Below are positions 50,410 to 64,000 of a DNA stretch of 64,000 nt, piece by piece; positions within the stretch are counted from its first letter, which is position 1; each line of letters starts with the position of its first letter. The position numbers and the translations under genes are program-made. Origin of the DNA: Octopus sinensis (lineage: Eukaryota); the NCBI RefSeq assembly GCF_006345805.1, contig NC_043007.1:69006001-69070000 (forward strand), written 5' to 3'. The notes under the pieces are model-generated. The model was not told the origin of the DNA. It did no database searches and saw only the letters and a list, made by a program, of their open reading frames with translations.

Positions 50410-51880
50410 ACAAGGCAGAAAACTGGCAGAATTGTTAGAGGGTCAAGCAAAATGTTTAGCAACATTTCTGACTCTTTCTTATTCAAATCAACTAAGATCA
50501 ACTTCACCTTTTTTGGGGGTCAATATAAATAAAGTATCAGTTGAACATTGAGACCAATACAATTAACTGTCCCCTTCCCTTGAATTTCAAGCCTTGTGCC
50601 TGTAATAGGAAGAACTACTATTATCAATATTTATGAAGCAGTAAGTTGACAGAATGAATCATTAGTGCACTGGACAAAATGCTTAGCAGCATTTCTCTCT
50701 GCCTTACATTCTGAGTTCAAGAACTGTTGAGGTCAACTTTGCCTTCCATCTTTTCAGAGTCCATCAAATAAGTACCTAAAGTTGATGACCGTATGCCAAA
50801 ATTTGTATCAATTATCATCATCAGTATTATTATTATTATCATTGAAAAAGACATGAACCTCACAACTGTTCATTGGAAAAGACATAAAAGCTACAATTTC
50901 TTCTTTAATCATGATTACATCAGTTCTACTTTATAGTAAAAGAAATAATCATTTTAAAGATGGCAGATTTGTTACATATAACTTTGAACCGAACCAAACT
51001 AGATCCTTTCCAGTGTAAATCTCGGTGCCTTGTTGTGAGTTCAGTACTCACTGGTACCAAACTTACCTTTCCTTAAGGTCAATAAAAAAACATTGCTTGT
51101 TATGTTTTAGTTTCAATTTATTCAACAATCTTCTGAACCCCACTCCCATCCTTGTTACATTAATCTTAGATTTGTGGTAGATACAGCACATTGTTGGTAT
51201 TATTAAGAAGGCAGCAAGTTGGCAGAATTGTTAGCACACCGGGCAAAATGCTTAGCAGCATTTTGTCTGTCTTGACGTTCTGAGTTCAAATTCTGCCGAT
51301 GTCAACTTGACCTTTCATCCTGTTAGGATAAATAAATTTAAGAACTAGTGAAACAGTGGGGTCGATGTAATTTGCTAGTCCCCTCCCTCAAAACTTCAGG
51401 CCTTGTGCCTTTAATAGAAAGGATTATTAAGGCAGCAGCATACTGGTATAATCATTAGCATGCCAGGCAAAATGCTTAGTGACATTTTGTCCACCTTTAC
51501 ATTCTGAGTTCAAATTCATCTGATGTCAACTTTGCCTTTCATCCTTTTGGGGTTGATGAAATAAGTAGCAACGGTGTACTGGGGTCTATATAATCATCTA
51601 GCTCCTCCCCCAAAATTTCTGGCCTTGTGCCTTTAGTAAAAAGGGTTCTTATTAAGATGGTTAGCTAGCAGAATCATTATTTCATCGGACAAGAAGTGCA
51701 TAGTAGCTTTTCTTCTGACTCTTTACATTTTGAGTTCAAATTCTACTGGGGTCAATTTTGCCTTTCACTTTTTCAAGGTTATTAAAATAAAGTATCAAAC
51801 AAGTACTGGGGTTGATGTAATCAAATTACACTCTCCCCTAAAATTACTGGCCTTGTGCCTATAGTAGAAAGGATTATTTT
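50410..51880 (+). mobile_element. Array of about 6 CpG-decayed SINE copies, same orientation
   Basis: Repeated ggcagcaag(c/t)tggcagaat..ttag / ttctgagttcaaattc / tttcatcc..ggggt.gat blocks. Confidence 0.85.
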
Positions 51881-52998
51881 AAGCCTGGTACTTATCCTAT
51901 CAGCTGCCTTTTGCTAAACCACTAAGTTATAGGGGTGTAAATAAACCAAAACCAGCTGTAAAGTGGTGATGAGGGCAAACACAAAAACTCACACATGTGC
52001 ACACACACACATACACATACTCATATCTATATTACACTAAAACTCAGTTTGTTTTCCTGCCATTTGATTAAGATGATAAAGATTACAAATAAAATAGCCA
52101 TTTCCTCCTTTAAGAAAAAAAAATTCTACTTGAATGTGTTGTCACTTCAAAGAGTTGTTGCAGCTACAGCCATCTGTCCTTTTTCCTTGCTTTCATTTTT
52201 TCTTCCCTTAATCATTTATACAACTTTCAAGTGTCATGGACTGAAAGATAGAAATTCTCCCTATATTTTTATGAGATATTTTTTGAATCATGGGTTCTTG
52301 ATTTTTTTTTTTTTTCCTTAAAGAGGAAAATTACTTTTCTATTTGAAATAAAATATTAACTTTTATCATCTTAATCAAAAGGCAGAAAGACAGAGACTAT
52401 CCCTTTATAGATGAAGATCAGTTGCAATGGGAAGAGCTGAATCTCATAAGAATGGTAAAACAAACAACAACAAACGGGTTGCACCTTATAATGAAACACT
52501 TTTAAGGACATTCAAATGCCACTGCAACATTGGAACTGTTGCCTCTGTGAGGTAAATTAAGTACGTCATCAAGTACATGCTGAAGCCTTTGAAATAAACA
52601 TCATCATCATCATCATCATCGTTTAACGTCCGTTCTCCATGCTAGCATGGGTTGGATGGTTCGACCGGGGATCTGGGAAGCCAGAAGGCTGCACCAGGCT
52701 CCAGTCTTATCTGGCAATGTTTCTACAGCTGGATGCCCTTCTTAACGTCAACCACTCCGTGAGTGGTTGGCATTAGGAATGATAATGAAATTAGCCAATC
52801 TGTAATAGGTATGTTTATTGGATCATCCAAAGCAATTGTATCCATTTTAAGGTTTTCAATTCATGAAAGAGCACCTGCAATGTGAACCCCGTAGCCATTC
52901 CATGCTTAAATGCTAACTTTAAAGATACTTCTTTCAAAATTCATATTCTGTTATTCACACATTAACCTGTGAAAATGTCTGAGAAAGAACATAACATA

Positions 52999-53362
52999 GG
53001 CGCAGGAATGGCTGTGTGGTAAGTAGCTTGCTAACCAACCACATGGTTGTGGGTTCAGTCCCACTGCGTGGCATCTTGGGCAAGTGTCTTCTGCTATAGC
53101 CTCGGGCCGACCAATGCCTTGTGAGTGGATTTGGTTGACGGAAACTGAAAGAAGCCTGTCGTATATATATATGTGTGTTTGTCCCCCTAGCATTGCTTGA
53201 CAACCGATGCTGGTATGTTTACATCCCCGTCACTTAGCGGTTCGGCAAAAGAGACCGATAGAATAAGTACTGGGCTTACAATAGAATAAGTACTGGGCTC
53301 GACTAAAGGCGGTGCTCCAGCATGGCCGCAGTCAAATGACTGAAACAAGTAAAAGAGAGAGT
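52999..53362 (+). mobile_element. tRNA-derived SINE with a small internal tandem duplication
   Basis: Family of 19756-20148; GAATAAGTACTGGGCT duplicated near 53260-53300. Confidence 0.9.
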
Positions 53363-53700
53363 AATAACTGTTTCTTACAATACATACATTTAAAACTAAA
53401 GGTTTCATGGACCCTTAAAATACTACAGTGGATCTCTAATTTACTATTTTGCTTACGTAGAATACCCAAAATTTTAATGGATCCTGGTTGATAACTGCTA
53501 ATTTAAACAACCCTAATTTCATTACATAAGAAGTTTTATATACCATTTTACAATCCTCCGAGGCCCTGGTTGCCACCGTCTAAGCGAAACTCAACTCTAA
53601 GTGGTAAAGTCCATACAACCAGAAAATGAATAAAGTCGGAGTAGTCTGTAACTGAGCACCAGTATTGAGTTCATCAATAAAACTGCTTTCTCTCACTCAC

Positions 53701-53737
<37 letters not shown>

Positions 53738-54051
53738 AACCTAAATTGCCTCCATACACTTCTAGAGTTCATTTGATAAAATAAGTGTTTCCTTACAGAT
53801 TCTACATTTCACTGAAATCCAACAATTCAGAAATGTTTCATGATTTATATTCTTGTTATATGGTGACATAAATCTTTCTAGTCCTTTATACATACATATA
53901 CATACACACATGCATGCATGTACGTAAGTATGTATGTATATACACTTACGTATATATATGTACGACGCATGTATATTTGTAGGTGCACACTTGTATACAT
54001 ATATATACAGGTGTTTGTGTATGTAAGTGGGTACACGCTTGTGTGTGTATG

Positions 54052-54098
<47 letters not shown>

Positions 54099-54498
54099 CA
54101 AGGGTCGGTAGCTTTCCAGTTAAGAAGCAATAAATGTACAAACAAACGGAAAGCAGATACATATATACATATACAATAAACCTGTATGCGTGCATTTATA
54201 TATATATATATGTGAGTGTGTGTGTGTGTGTGTATTTTGTGATAACGTTTGGTTATGATATATCGAAGTACGTGCTTTTAAAGTGTGTATGAAGTGTGGT
54301 CTTTAGTGAAAGGAAAATTGTTTTATAAGTGATTTTGTCACAGTATATTTGTGACGGGGTAACACTATGACAGCGTGTGTAAGCATGTATGCTTAGAACG
54401 AATGTTACAGCAAGTATTACGTATTTGGGTGTGTCACTGTAAATCCATGTTTGAGAGAAATAGAGAGTGTACGTGATGTGTGAATCTTTCTCTGTGTA

Positions 54499-54747
54499 CA
54501 CCGCGACTTACGACCACAAAAACTAACTAAATAAAAATTGATCGATTTTCGGGCGTTGGGCATCTGGCAACGCAGACCTCCCTCAGACCCAGGTAGCCAC
54601 CTCTTGCCACTGTCTCTCACTCTGTCACTTTCAAGCATCAGTTGCGTTTGAATAAAAATAACGTTGAAAAATGTAAATCCAACTTACGATCAGATCGACT
54701 TACGACCTGTCAGTCGGAAGGGAACTCGGTCGTAAGTCGAGAAGGTG
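54499..54747. mobile_element. Tigger/pogo-like MITE
   Basis: TA flanks; CACC..CGACTTACGACC / GGTCGTAAGTCG..GGTG; internal GACTTACGA repeats. Confidence 0.6.
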
Positions 54748-54840
54748 TATATGCAACGAAACCTCCGTAAACTGAAAATACCTTACCAGAATTAGAATTC
54801 CAAGAGAAGACAATCAGGCAAAGGAATACAAAGTATAATA

Positions 54841-55365
54841 CAGCGGTTCCCAAACATTTTCAGGCTGCTGCCCCCTTGCATGGGCCCGGGGACAGGGGGT
54901 GCACGTGGTGCAAGCGCACCCCCTAGAATTTTTGCGGAGTGCATAAACAAAATTTGCAGCCCTACTTATTTTCCTCGGGTTTAGAAAACGATAAATAAAA
55001 AGTGATGTGTAAAAAGTAGCTTGAAGTTAGGTTCCTTCTCAAAGAACAACAAAAAATAAGACTTTGTAAATATTTTTGGACCTGGGTTTGCACTCCCTAA
55101 GTTCATTCCCGAGCCAGTGCCCCCTTGGCTCCCATGCCACATCGCTAACGCCCCACCTAACTCACCCCCACAAACATAGACCACTCTCTGCAGCAAATTC
55201 AAAACAACTGTATTTCACATAAAACTTAACCTAATTAACCCAGTATTTGGAGGGGTACATACATTGTCCCCTTTTGCTGCCCTATTATTGCCCCACTTTT
55301 CTTCAACGCCCACTGAATCTTTCCAATCCCCATAGGGGCAGTACAGCCCACTTTGGGAACCACTA
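54841..55365. mobile_element. hAT (Charlie-like) non-autonomous element
   Basis: TIR CAGCGGTTCCCAAA / TTTGGGAACCACTA; 8-bp TSD GTATAATA / ATATAATA. Confidence 0.75.
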
Positions 55366-55970
55366 ATATAATATATACAACAAACCACTATTAACCAAGA
55401 ACTCCCTAAACAACAAGAGAATTGACGCGAGGCCCTTTGTTCGACGCTCTAACATTTCTGCCACTTTACCATCTTGATATTAATTATTATAATCATATCT
55501 ATTGTGTACACAAGACTTAAAATTTTAGGTGGTTGTGCATGTCGATAACATCGACCTCAGTGCTCGACTGGTTCTTATTTTATCGACCTCGAAAGAATGA
55601 AGGGCAAAGTTACACTCGGCGGAATTTGAACTTAGAACGAAAACCCGGAAGAAATGCAGCTAAGTTTTTTGTCCAGCGTACTAACACTCGTGTAAGCTCG
55701 CGGCTCTGATAATGATAATGAAGGTAATATTTTATGTCCTCTAGGCCGGCGAATCTTTAGCACACCGGGCAAAATGCTTAGCGGCATTTCGTCCGACTCG
55801 GCCGAGGTCGATAACATCAGTTCCAGCGGAACACTGGGGTCGATGTAACTAATTTATTCCCTCCCCCGAACTTGCTGGCCCCTTGTGCCAACATTTGAAA
55901 CCAATATTTTGTGTCTTCCACGAAAGAAAAAAAAAGACACGAAGAAACAAGAATACAAGTTAATTACTGT

Positions 55971-56351
55971 GGAAGCACTCCGTCGGTTACGACGACGAGG
56001 GTTCCAGTTGATCCGATCAACGGAACAGCCTGCTCGTGAAATTAACGTGTAAGTGGCTGAGCACTCCACAGACACGTGTACCCTTAACGTAGTTCTCGGG
56101 GATATTCAGCGTGACACAGAGAGTGACAAGGCCGGCCCTTTGAAATACAGGTACAACAGAAACAGGAAGTAAGAGTGAGAGAAAGTTGTGGTGAAAGAGT
56201 ACAGCAGGGATCACCACCATCCCCTGTCGGAGCCTCGTGGAGCTTTAGGTGTTTTCGCTCAATAAACACTCACAACGCCCGGTCTGGGAATCGAAACCGC
56301 GATCTTATGACCGCGAGTCCGCTGCCCTAACCACTGGGCCATTGCGCCTCC
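55971..56351 (-). mobile_element. Full-length tRNA-derived SINE
   Basis: Head GGAGGCGCAATGGCCCAGTGGTTAGG...GGTTTCGATTCC; flanking direct repeat TAATTACTGT. Confidence 0.9.
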
Positions 56352-57207
56352 GCTATTTTGCTAATTACTGTAAGAAAGAAACATATGATAACTTAATACT
56401 ACAGTGGACTTAAAAATCAGCTTGAATATTTTATACACTGACGATGATATCAGTTCCGAGTCAAGCTGAATTTGAACTTCTTTTCTTTTAAATGGTTATC
56501 ATGGATTGTACATTGTCTTTCCTTCAAAAGTACAAACAGTTCAGCCCGTCGTCAGACTTTGGTACCTGGAGATGCTTCTGAATATTCTGGGTGGACACTA
56601 ATTTGTATTGCGGTAAGATTTTGTAACTTGTATTTTCTAAATCTGAGGGTGCACCATTGAGCAGTGAGGAGCAGTGCTGTTCAGAGCATCCCCTTAGCGG
56701 CGGGCATGAATAAGTTATATCGATCTCGACAAATACTACAGGTATTTATTTCATTGATCATGAAGAGGGTGAAAGGTAAAGTTCTTCTGGGTGATATTTG
56801 AACGATACATTTTGTCAGATGCTCTACCGATTCTTACAATTCACTTCTCACCATTTAATAAGACTTTTCCAAATCTATAAGTGATGGAAATGTTTATTTG
56901 GAATTCGATCTTATATCCCAGGTACTCGGTTAAACGATAATTTACCACTGCGCACCTTAAATAGGGAACCAATGCATTCAGGTGTAATTTGAGGAAGACT
57001 TAGTTACTGTTTCCAGCAGGTTGAGCGATAAAGTAGGAGCAATAACCATTGTATATACATCATGTTTGTATATGCGATGTATGTTTCTCCTGATAGAGTG
57101 GAGGATAACATGCCGTTTAGGTATTTAAAAACAAAATTAAAGGAAATTGACCAGAAGTGACGATAGGGACATCCAATAATTTCATGTAAACAAATGTGTG
57201 TAGCGTA

Positions 57208-57552
57208 AAGTAAGTAAAGTAAAGATCCCCTGTTGGTCGTGAATGATAATGGTTTTGCACCTAGAAATTTCCCCTCAGAAGCACAAGTTAGAGCAAGGTT
57301 CTTTATGGAAGACTAGCAGTCGCTCATGCATACCAATCTCCCCTTTCCAGCTACCGATGTTATCCAAGAGAAAAGCAAGGGCCAAACAACTTGGTACCAG
57401 TGACGTCCCACCTCATTTTTACAGCTGAGTGAACTGGAGCAATGTTAAATAAAGTGTCTTTCTCAAGAACATAACACACAACCCGGTCCGTCAATCGAAC
57501 TCACTACCTATGGATTGTGAGCCCGACGTTCTAATCACTGAGCCATACGCCA
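57208..57552 (-). mobile_element. tRNA-derived SINE with (TTTAC)n tail
   Basis: tRNA-like head at about 57480-57552; shared ctccagttcactcagctgtaaaaatgag core. Confidence 0.7.
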
Positions 57553-57784
57553 GTGAATTTACAAGGTGGGCCAAAAGTCATTTGACTGCGGCCATGCTGG
57601 AGCACCGCCTTAAAGTCATTTGACTGCGGCCATGCTTTTTTTGCGATCTGCGATCGCGGCTTCGGTTGCATGTACAAAATAAATTCAATACGCTCTAAAA
57701 CTGAATAAAATTGATAAAAGAATCATGAATACACACATACATGTACATGATGAACAAAATGAATAATAATGGTTTCAAATTTTG

Positions 57785-58118
57785 GTACAAGGCCAGCAAG
57801 TTTCGGGGACATCAACCCTAGTACTCAATTGGTTCTTATTTTATCGATCCCGAAAGGATGAAAGACAAAGCGGACCTCGGAGGAATTTGAACTCAGAACG
57901 TAAGGACGGACGAAATGCCGCTAGGCATTTTGCCTAGCGTGCTAACGATTCTGCCAGCTCACCGTCTAAGTAATAATAATCCTTGCTAGCATAGACACAA
58001 GGCCTGAAATTTGGGGGAAGAAGATAATCGATTACATCGACCCCAGTACGCAACTGGTACTTAATTTATTGACCCCGAAAGGATGAAAGGCAAATTCGAC
58101 CTCGGCGGAATTTGAACT
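57785..58118 (-). mobile_element. Two SINE copies (Deu/Nin-like core) with CpGs retained
   Basis: Same family as 26613-26992. Confidence 0.85.
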
Positions 58119-59232
58119 CTTCTTCTTCTTCTTCTTCTTCTTCTTCTTCTTCTTCTTCTTCTTCTTCTTCTTCTTCTTCTTCATCTTCTTCTTCTTCCGG
58201 TCAAATAGACATTTACCCCTGATTTTCTTTATTCCAGTTTTTCAATCCACCTTTCTTTCCTTTTTTCCTTCTTTCTTTCTTTCTTTCTTTATTCATTCAT
58301 TCATTTATTCATTCATTCATTCATTAATTCAATCATCTATTTCTTCTTTCCTTTCTTTCTTTCCTTCCTTCCCCCTTTCATTCTTTTTCTTCCCTTTGAT
58401 CAGATATCCTAGAGTGTAAAAACTTTTATTTTTGTTTATTTCTGTTATTGTTTGAACTATCTTCACCCCACTCGCCACACCACCACCAACACTACTACTA
58501 CCACCACCACCACCACCATACCACCACTATCACCACCACCAACAACAACACCGACACTATCATCACCACCACCATATCACCACCATCATTATCATCACCA
58601 CCACCATATCACCACGATCATTATCATAATAAATCCAACACCATCACCAACGCTACGACCACCACTTCAGCAACACCACCATCATCTCCAACACAACCAC
58701 TACCATCATCAACACCACCAACAACATCAATACCACTATCGCCACCAACACCACCACCTCCACCATTATCATTAACACTACCAACATCACCACCATCTGA
58801 CCACCACGTCACCACTACCATAACCTCTTTCACCACCACCGCCACCTTACCATCCGCATCAACACCATCAGCAGCACCATCATTCCAACCAGCACCATCA
58901 CACCATCTTACTAGGGTCATTGCTTCTATTGTAAACTTCATCATCATCATCACCATGGGGAACATTAACGGAGACCTCCCTCTTTGATCGCTCAGACTAG
59001 TAGAAATAGCAGCCAAAATCTCCCGCAAATTATGCCCTTCCCTTTAAAAAGGAAAGATAAAGCACGTGTGGGAATGTAGTCCAAGGTAGACTACGACAGA
59101 AATAAAACTTGAGATGGTCAGAGTTAGAATCCCTTTGAACCTAATTGGACTCATTCTAGACAGCCTTGAGGCTAATCAAAACAATGCTATTACAACAAAC
59201 AATAATATGCACCACTACCACCACACAAAGTT

Positions 59233-59268
<36 letters not shown>

Positions 59269-59430
59269 ACGGCTATTTGTTTTATTTATTTTTTCGTCAT
59301 GGGTGTCATTCCGCCATATAATTCATTGTATAGTGAACACCCAACGCCAATGTTTGTGTGTGAGTGCGTATGTATATGTATATATATATATATGTGTGTA
59401 TATATGTATATATATATTATATATATATAC

Positions 59431-59480
<50 letters not shown>

Positions 59481-59514
59481 GCATATCTATATATATATAC
59501 ACATATATATATAC

Positions 59515-59584
<70 letters not shown>

Positions 59585-59659
59585 ATAATATATATATATA
59601 TATATATATATGCATACATATTTCTATGTAGAGATATACATTCATACACAAACACAAAC

Positions 59660-59691
<32 letters not shown>

Positions 59692-60010
59692 ACTCATATA
59701 CTCATACGTATATACACGCACATACATAGATGCATGTATACATACATACATACATACATACATATATGGACACACACACACTAAGGTACCTCATTAATTG
59801 TGATATTGTCATTGGGTTTATGATGCATGGCCCTTTAAATTAAATAAATAAAAGGGCCTCAGTTTTTTATTGTTGTCAAATTAAGGGTTCAAAGAAGTTT
59901 CGGTTTATATTTTACTTTACTTTCTTTCCTTATTTATTTATTTTTTGATTTGTTGTTATGATCAACAAGGTGGCGGCGGTGGCGGCGGCGGTGGTGGTGG
60001 TGGTGGTGGT

Positions 60011-60066
<56 letters not shown>

Positions 60067-60135
60067 TGGTGGCGGTGGTGGCGGCGGCGGTGGTGGTGGT
60101 GTGGTGGTGGTGGTGGTGGTGGTGGTGGTGGTGAA
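58118..60135. repeat. Low-complexity trinucleotide block: (TTC)n, (CAC/CAT)n at 58480-58960, (TAC)n, (TA)n, (GGC/GGT)n at 59970-60135
   Basis: Direct reading. Confidence 0.95.
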
Positions 60136-60639
60136 GGTAGTAGTGGTGGAAGTGAAGTTTGAGCGAGCTAAGACTATTTCCTAAACTCAGTAAGTCCGTG
60201 CAAACGTTCAGAGAGTTCAAACGTTCCTGTGCGTGAACCCATTTTTCATTGTAGTCAGCTCCTAAGACAGTGGTACAACATAGGTTGAGACGACCAGAAA
60301 CTCACTGCCCTTCAGTGGGAGTTTTCTTTTTTTTTATATGAGTTTACCTTCTTCTACAGGAATGTTCTAACGCCAACTAGTTAACCCATATCTGGGGACC
60401 CTAAAAGAGAAGACCTAAGAACAATAGTGGCTTAGAGGGGGTTCCTCACTCCTCAAAATCCACGAAGCTCCCGTACCTGGCTCCCACAACCGGGTGCAGT
60501 GTAAAGTTATACCCAGGACAGACTGTCGATTATGTAAGCATTCGTAAACCTGTAACTTCACTCGCTGGCTTACAAATGAATACGAACTTCCAAAAGACCG
60601 CCAACACACACACACACACACATGGAACACGCACATATA

Positions 60640-61878
60640 CGAGGGGCGTTCAATAAGTAATGCCCCTGACCCACTTCCCATAGCAGTAAAGCAACGACAC
60701 TTGGCACAGTTATTAGTCTTTTCCTACATAGGAACTACCCAGAGTTATGCATTTCTCCCATCGTTTGATACAGCTCTGGAGACCGTTTTTGTAGAAGACC
60801 CCAGCTTGGTCCTCCAACCACGACGTGACTTCAGAAATCAAGGCTGCATCATCTGGGAAACGCTTTCCTTTCAAAATCAACTTCATGGCTGGGAAGAGGT
60901 GAAAATCAGAGGGTGCAAGGGGAGGAGTTCATAGCTGCACGCCTGTGCTTCTGATCTGGCGACACGCGAGTTGTGGACCGGAGCGTTGTCCTGCAGGAGG
61001 AGGATGCCTTTGCTGATCTTGCCCCGCCTCTTGATTTTGATAGCTTCTCTTAATTTCCTCAAAAGTGAAGCATAATAGGCTCCTGTAATTGTGGTACCCT
61101 TTGCCAGGAAATCTGTCATCACTACTCCGTTCTGGTCCCAGAAGACTGTGAGCATAACCTTGTCAGCGGAGGGCTGCACCCTTGCCTTCTTTGGAGGAGG
61201 TGGGTCACGGTGCTTTCACTGCATTGACTGGGCTTTGGTCTATGGATCATAGTGATGGACCCAGGTTTTATCCTGTGTGATCAGTCTTTTGAAAAATTTT
61301 GACTCATCTTCTTGGCACATCTCCAAATTCATCCTCGAGCACTCAACGCGTTCTTGCTTCTGGAAAGGTGTGAGCAACCTGGAAATCCATCTGGCAGACA
61401 CCTTTTGCATATGCAAATGGTCATGAATGATAGTTTCCACAGACCCGGTACTAATCTTGACCTTATCGGCTATTTGGCAGCCTCAACTTGACGGACAGAC
61501 GTCTCATCAACGGCATAAGGGGGCGACCAGATCTGAGAGCTGTTTCCACAGAGTTCCGACTATGTTTGAATTCACAATGCCAGCGTTTTACAAGGTCATA
61601 TGATGGGGCATCATCACCATAAGTTACTTTCATTTCATCAAAAGTCTCCCGTGGTGTGCGTCCTTTCAAATACAAAAACCAGATCACTGCTCGACACACA
61701 ACAGGCTCCATTTCACACTTGACTCAGTTCAAACACCTGTAAATCAGAAACCACAATTAGTTCAGAGCTGTAATTCGCCACTTAATCTATAGAGGTATAA
61801 ATAAGTACACATGCAAACTTTCAGCTAGATCAAACAACTGCAAGTGGGTCAGGAGCATAACTTATTGAACGCCCCTCG
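60640..61878 (-). mobile_element. Second copy of the D,D34D mariner (1239 bp, small internal deletions)
   Basis: TA TSDs, same TIR, roughly 95% identical to 47372-48662 in the first 270 bp (hand count). Confidence 0.97.
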
Positions 61879-62119
61879 TATGATAGGTATATACAATATG
61901 AGTGTCTAGGCGGAAGCTGGGCTTCGTGGTTAAGAAATTTGCTTCGTAACTACATAGTTTCTGGTTCAGTCTGTTGGTCATTGTCCAGCACCTCGGGCAA
62001 ATGTCTTTTATTATAGGCCCGAATTTAATCAACAAAAAATGTTTAGAAACCCATCGTAAACTCCTATGTGTGTGTGTGTGTATACATATTTATTATATTA
62101 TATTATATATATATATATA

Positions 62120-62172
<53 letters not shown>

Positions 62173-62175
62173 CTA

Positions 62176-63061
<886 letters not shown>

Positions 63062-63492
63062 AAGTATACATACATACATATATTTGTACATATTTATATT
63101 TATATATTTATATATATTTACATACACTGAGATTACAGTCACTTCCATGGACATATGATCCCATGAACTGCCATTAATGTATCAACTTTACATTAACATT
63201 TACCAGCAACGCAGGTGACATGAGTCAGTAAGCGAGCCTCTATGTCGTTATCCGTCTTGTTAGAAATAGCAACCAAATCAGTCTTAAAACATAGCTTGTC
63301 ATCTTAAGCAAGGAAGAACACATTAGTTAATGCGGATTTTGATACCATGTGTGATTGGATGGTCCCGGCTAGAACGTCTTTGTTTATAGGCCTTCTGGAT
63401 CATATTCTAACTTTAGGCAAAATAAAGCCACAAACAAAATTAACGACACGAAATGAAAATATTAATGTTATATACACAAACTAGAAATCGTA

Positions 63493-63815
63493 GGAGCACT
63501 CCGTCGGTTAAGACGATGAGGGTCCCAGCTGATACGATCAACGGAACAGCTTGCTCATGAAATTAACGTGCAAGTGGCTGAGCATTCCACAGACACGTGT
63601 TCCCTCAACGTAGTTCTCAATGACATTCAGCGTGACACAGAGGGTGACAAAGCTGACACTTTTGAAATACAGGTACTACTCATTTTTGCCAGCTGAGTGG
63701 ACTGGAGCAAAGTGAAATAAAGTGTCTTGCTCAAGGACACAACGCGTCACAGGGAATCGAACTCACAACCTTACGATCATGATCCGAATGCCCTAACCAC
63801 TAAGCCACACACCCT
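63493..63815 (-). mobile_element. tRNA-derived SINE
   Basis: tRNA head at 63745-63815; body shared with 10436-10630 and 55971-56351. Confidence 0.85.
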
Positions 63816-64000
63816 CACTATACAAACTAGATATACACACTCATACATGTACATGCACACACACACATACGTACAAACATATATGCATATATTTGTACAC
63901 ACATCTTTTACTTGTTTCAGTTATTAGACTGCAACCATGCTTGGGTACTGCGTTGAAGAATTTTTGATCGACTCAATCGATCCAAGTACTTCTTTAAAAG

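Noticed and set aside
56537-56612. Exon-like segment ending GCG|GTAAGA
   Set aside because: No recognisable peptide and no partner exons
58448-59028. Pro/Thr/His-rich ORFs of 107-179 aa on both strands
   Set aside because: Degenerate (CAC/CAT/AAC)n low-complexity DNA is open in several frames by composition
59945-60184. Poly-Gly/poly-Val ORF
   Set aside because: Translation of the (GGC/GGT)n microsatellite; no splice or homology support

Overview
Eukaryotic, very repeat-rich and microsatellite-rich DNA. The SINE families and the (TAGA)n/(TA)n/(TACA)n load suggest an octopus (coleoid cephalopod) genome; this is inference. One host gene is well supported: YIPF6 (Yip1-domain Golgi/ER membrane protein) on the + strand, 7 coding exons from 32809 to 48983, 222 aa, all introns GT-AG and phase-consistent. 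The rest is mostly transposon material: two about 95%-identical D,D34D mariner copies with TA TSDs, an older mariner, a Tc1, several MITEs, non-autonomous Helitrons and a Helitron helicase fragment, R4-type and RTE LINE fragments, two Penelope-like (PLE) GIY-YIG fragments and dozens of tRNA-derived SINEs. Most six-frame ORFs are microsatellite artefacts. The most notable non-obvious signals are: (1) at least eight PLE-type minimal hammerhead-ribozyme motifs, including core variants (CUGUNGA, ACGACGA) and forms with very long AT-rich stem-II loops; (2) a CG->TG/CA decay footprint in repeats that outlines the YIPF6 gene body (about 34-53 kb); (3) a long fold-back in YIPF6 intron 1, a candidate dsRNA/ADAR substrate; (4) YIPF6 intron 3 built from an approximately 89-bp tandem unit. 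I found no evidence for a wholly novel protein-coding system. All assignments are by eye, without database searches.
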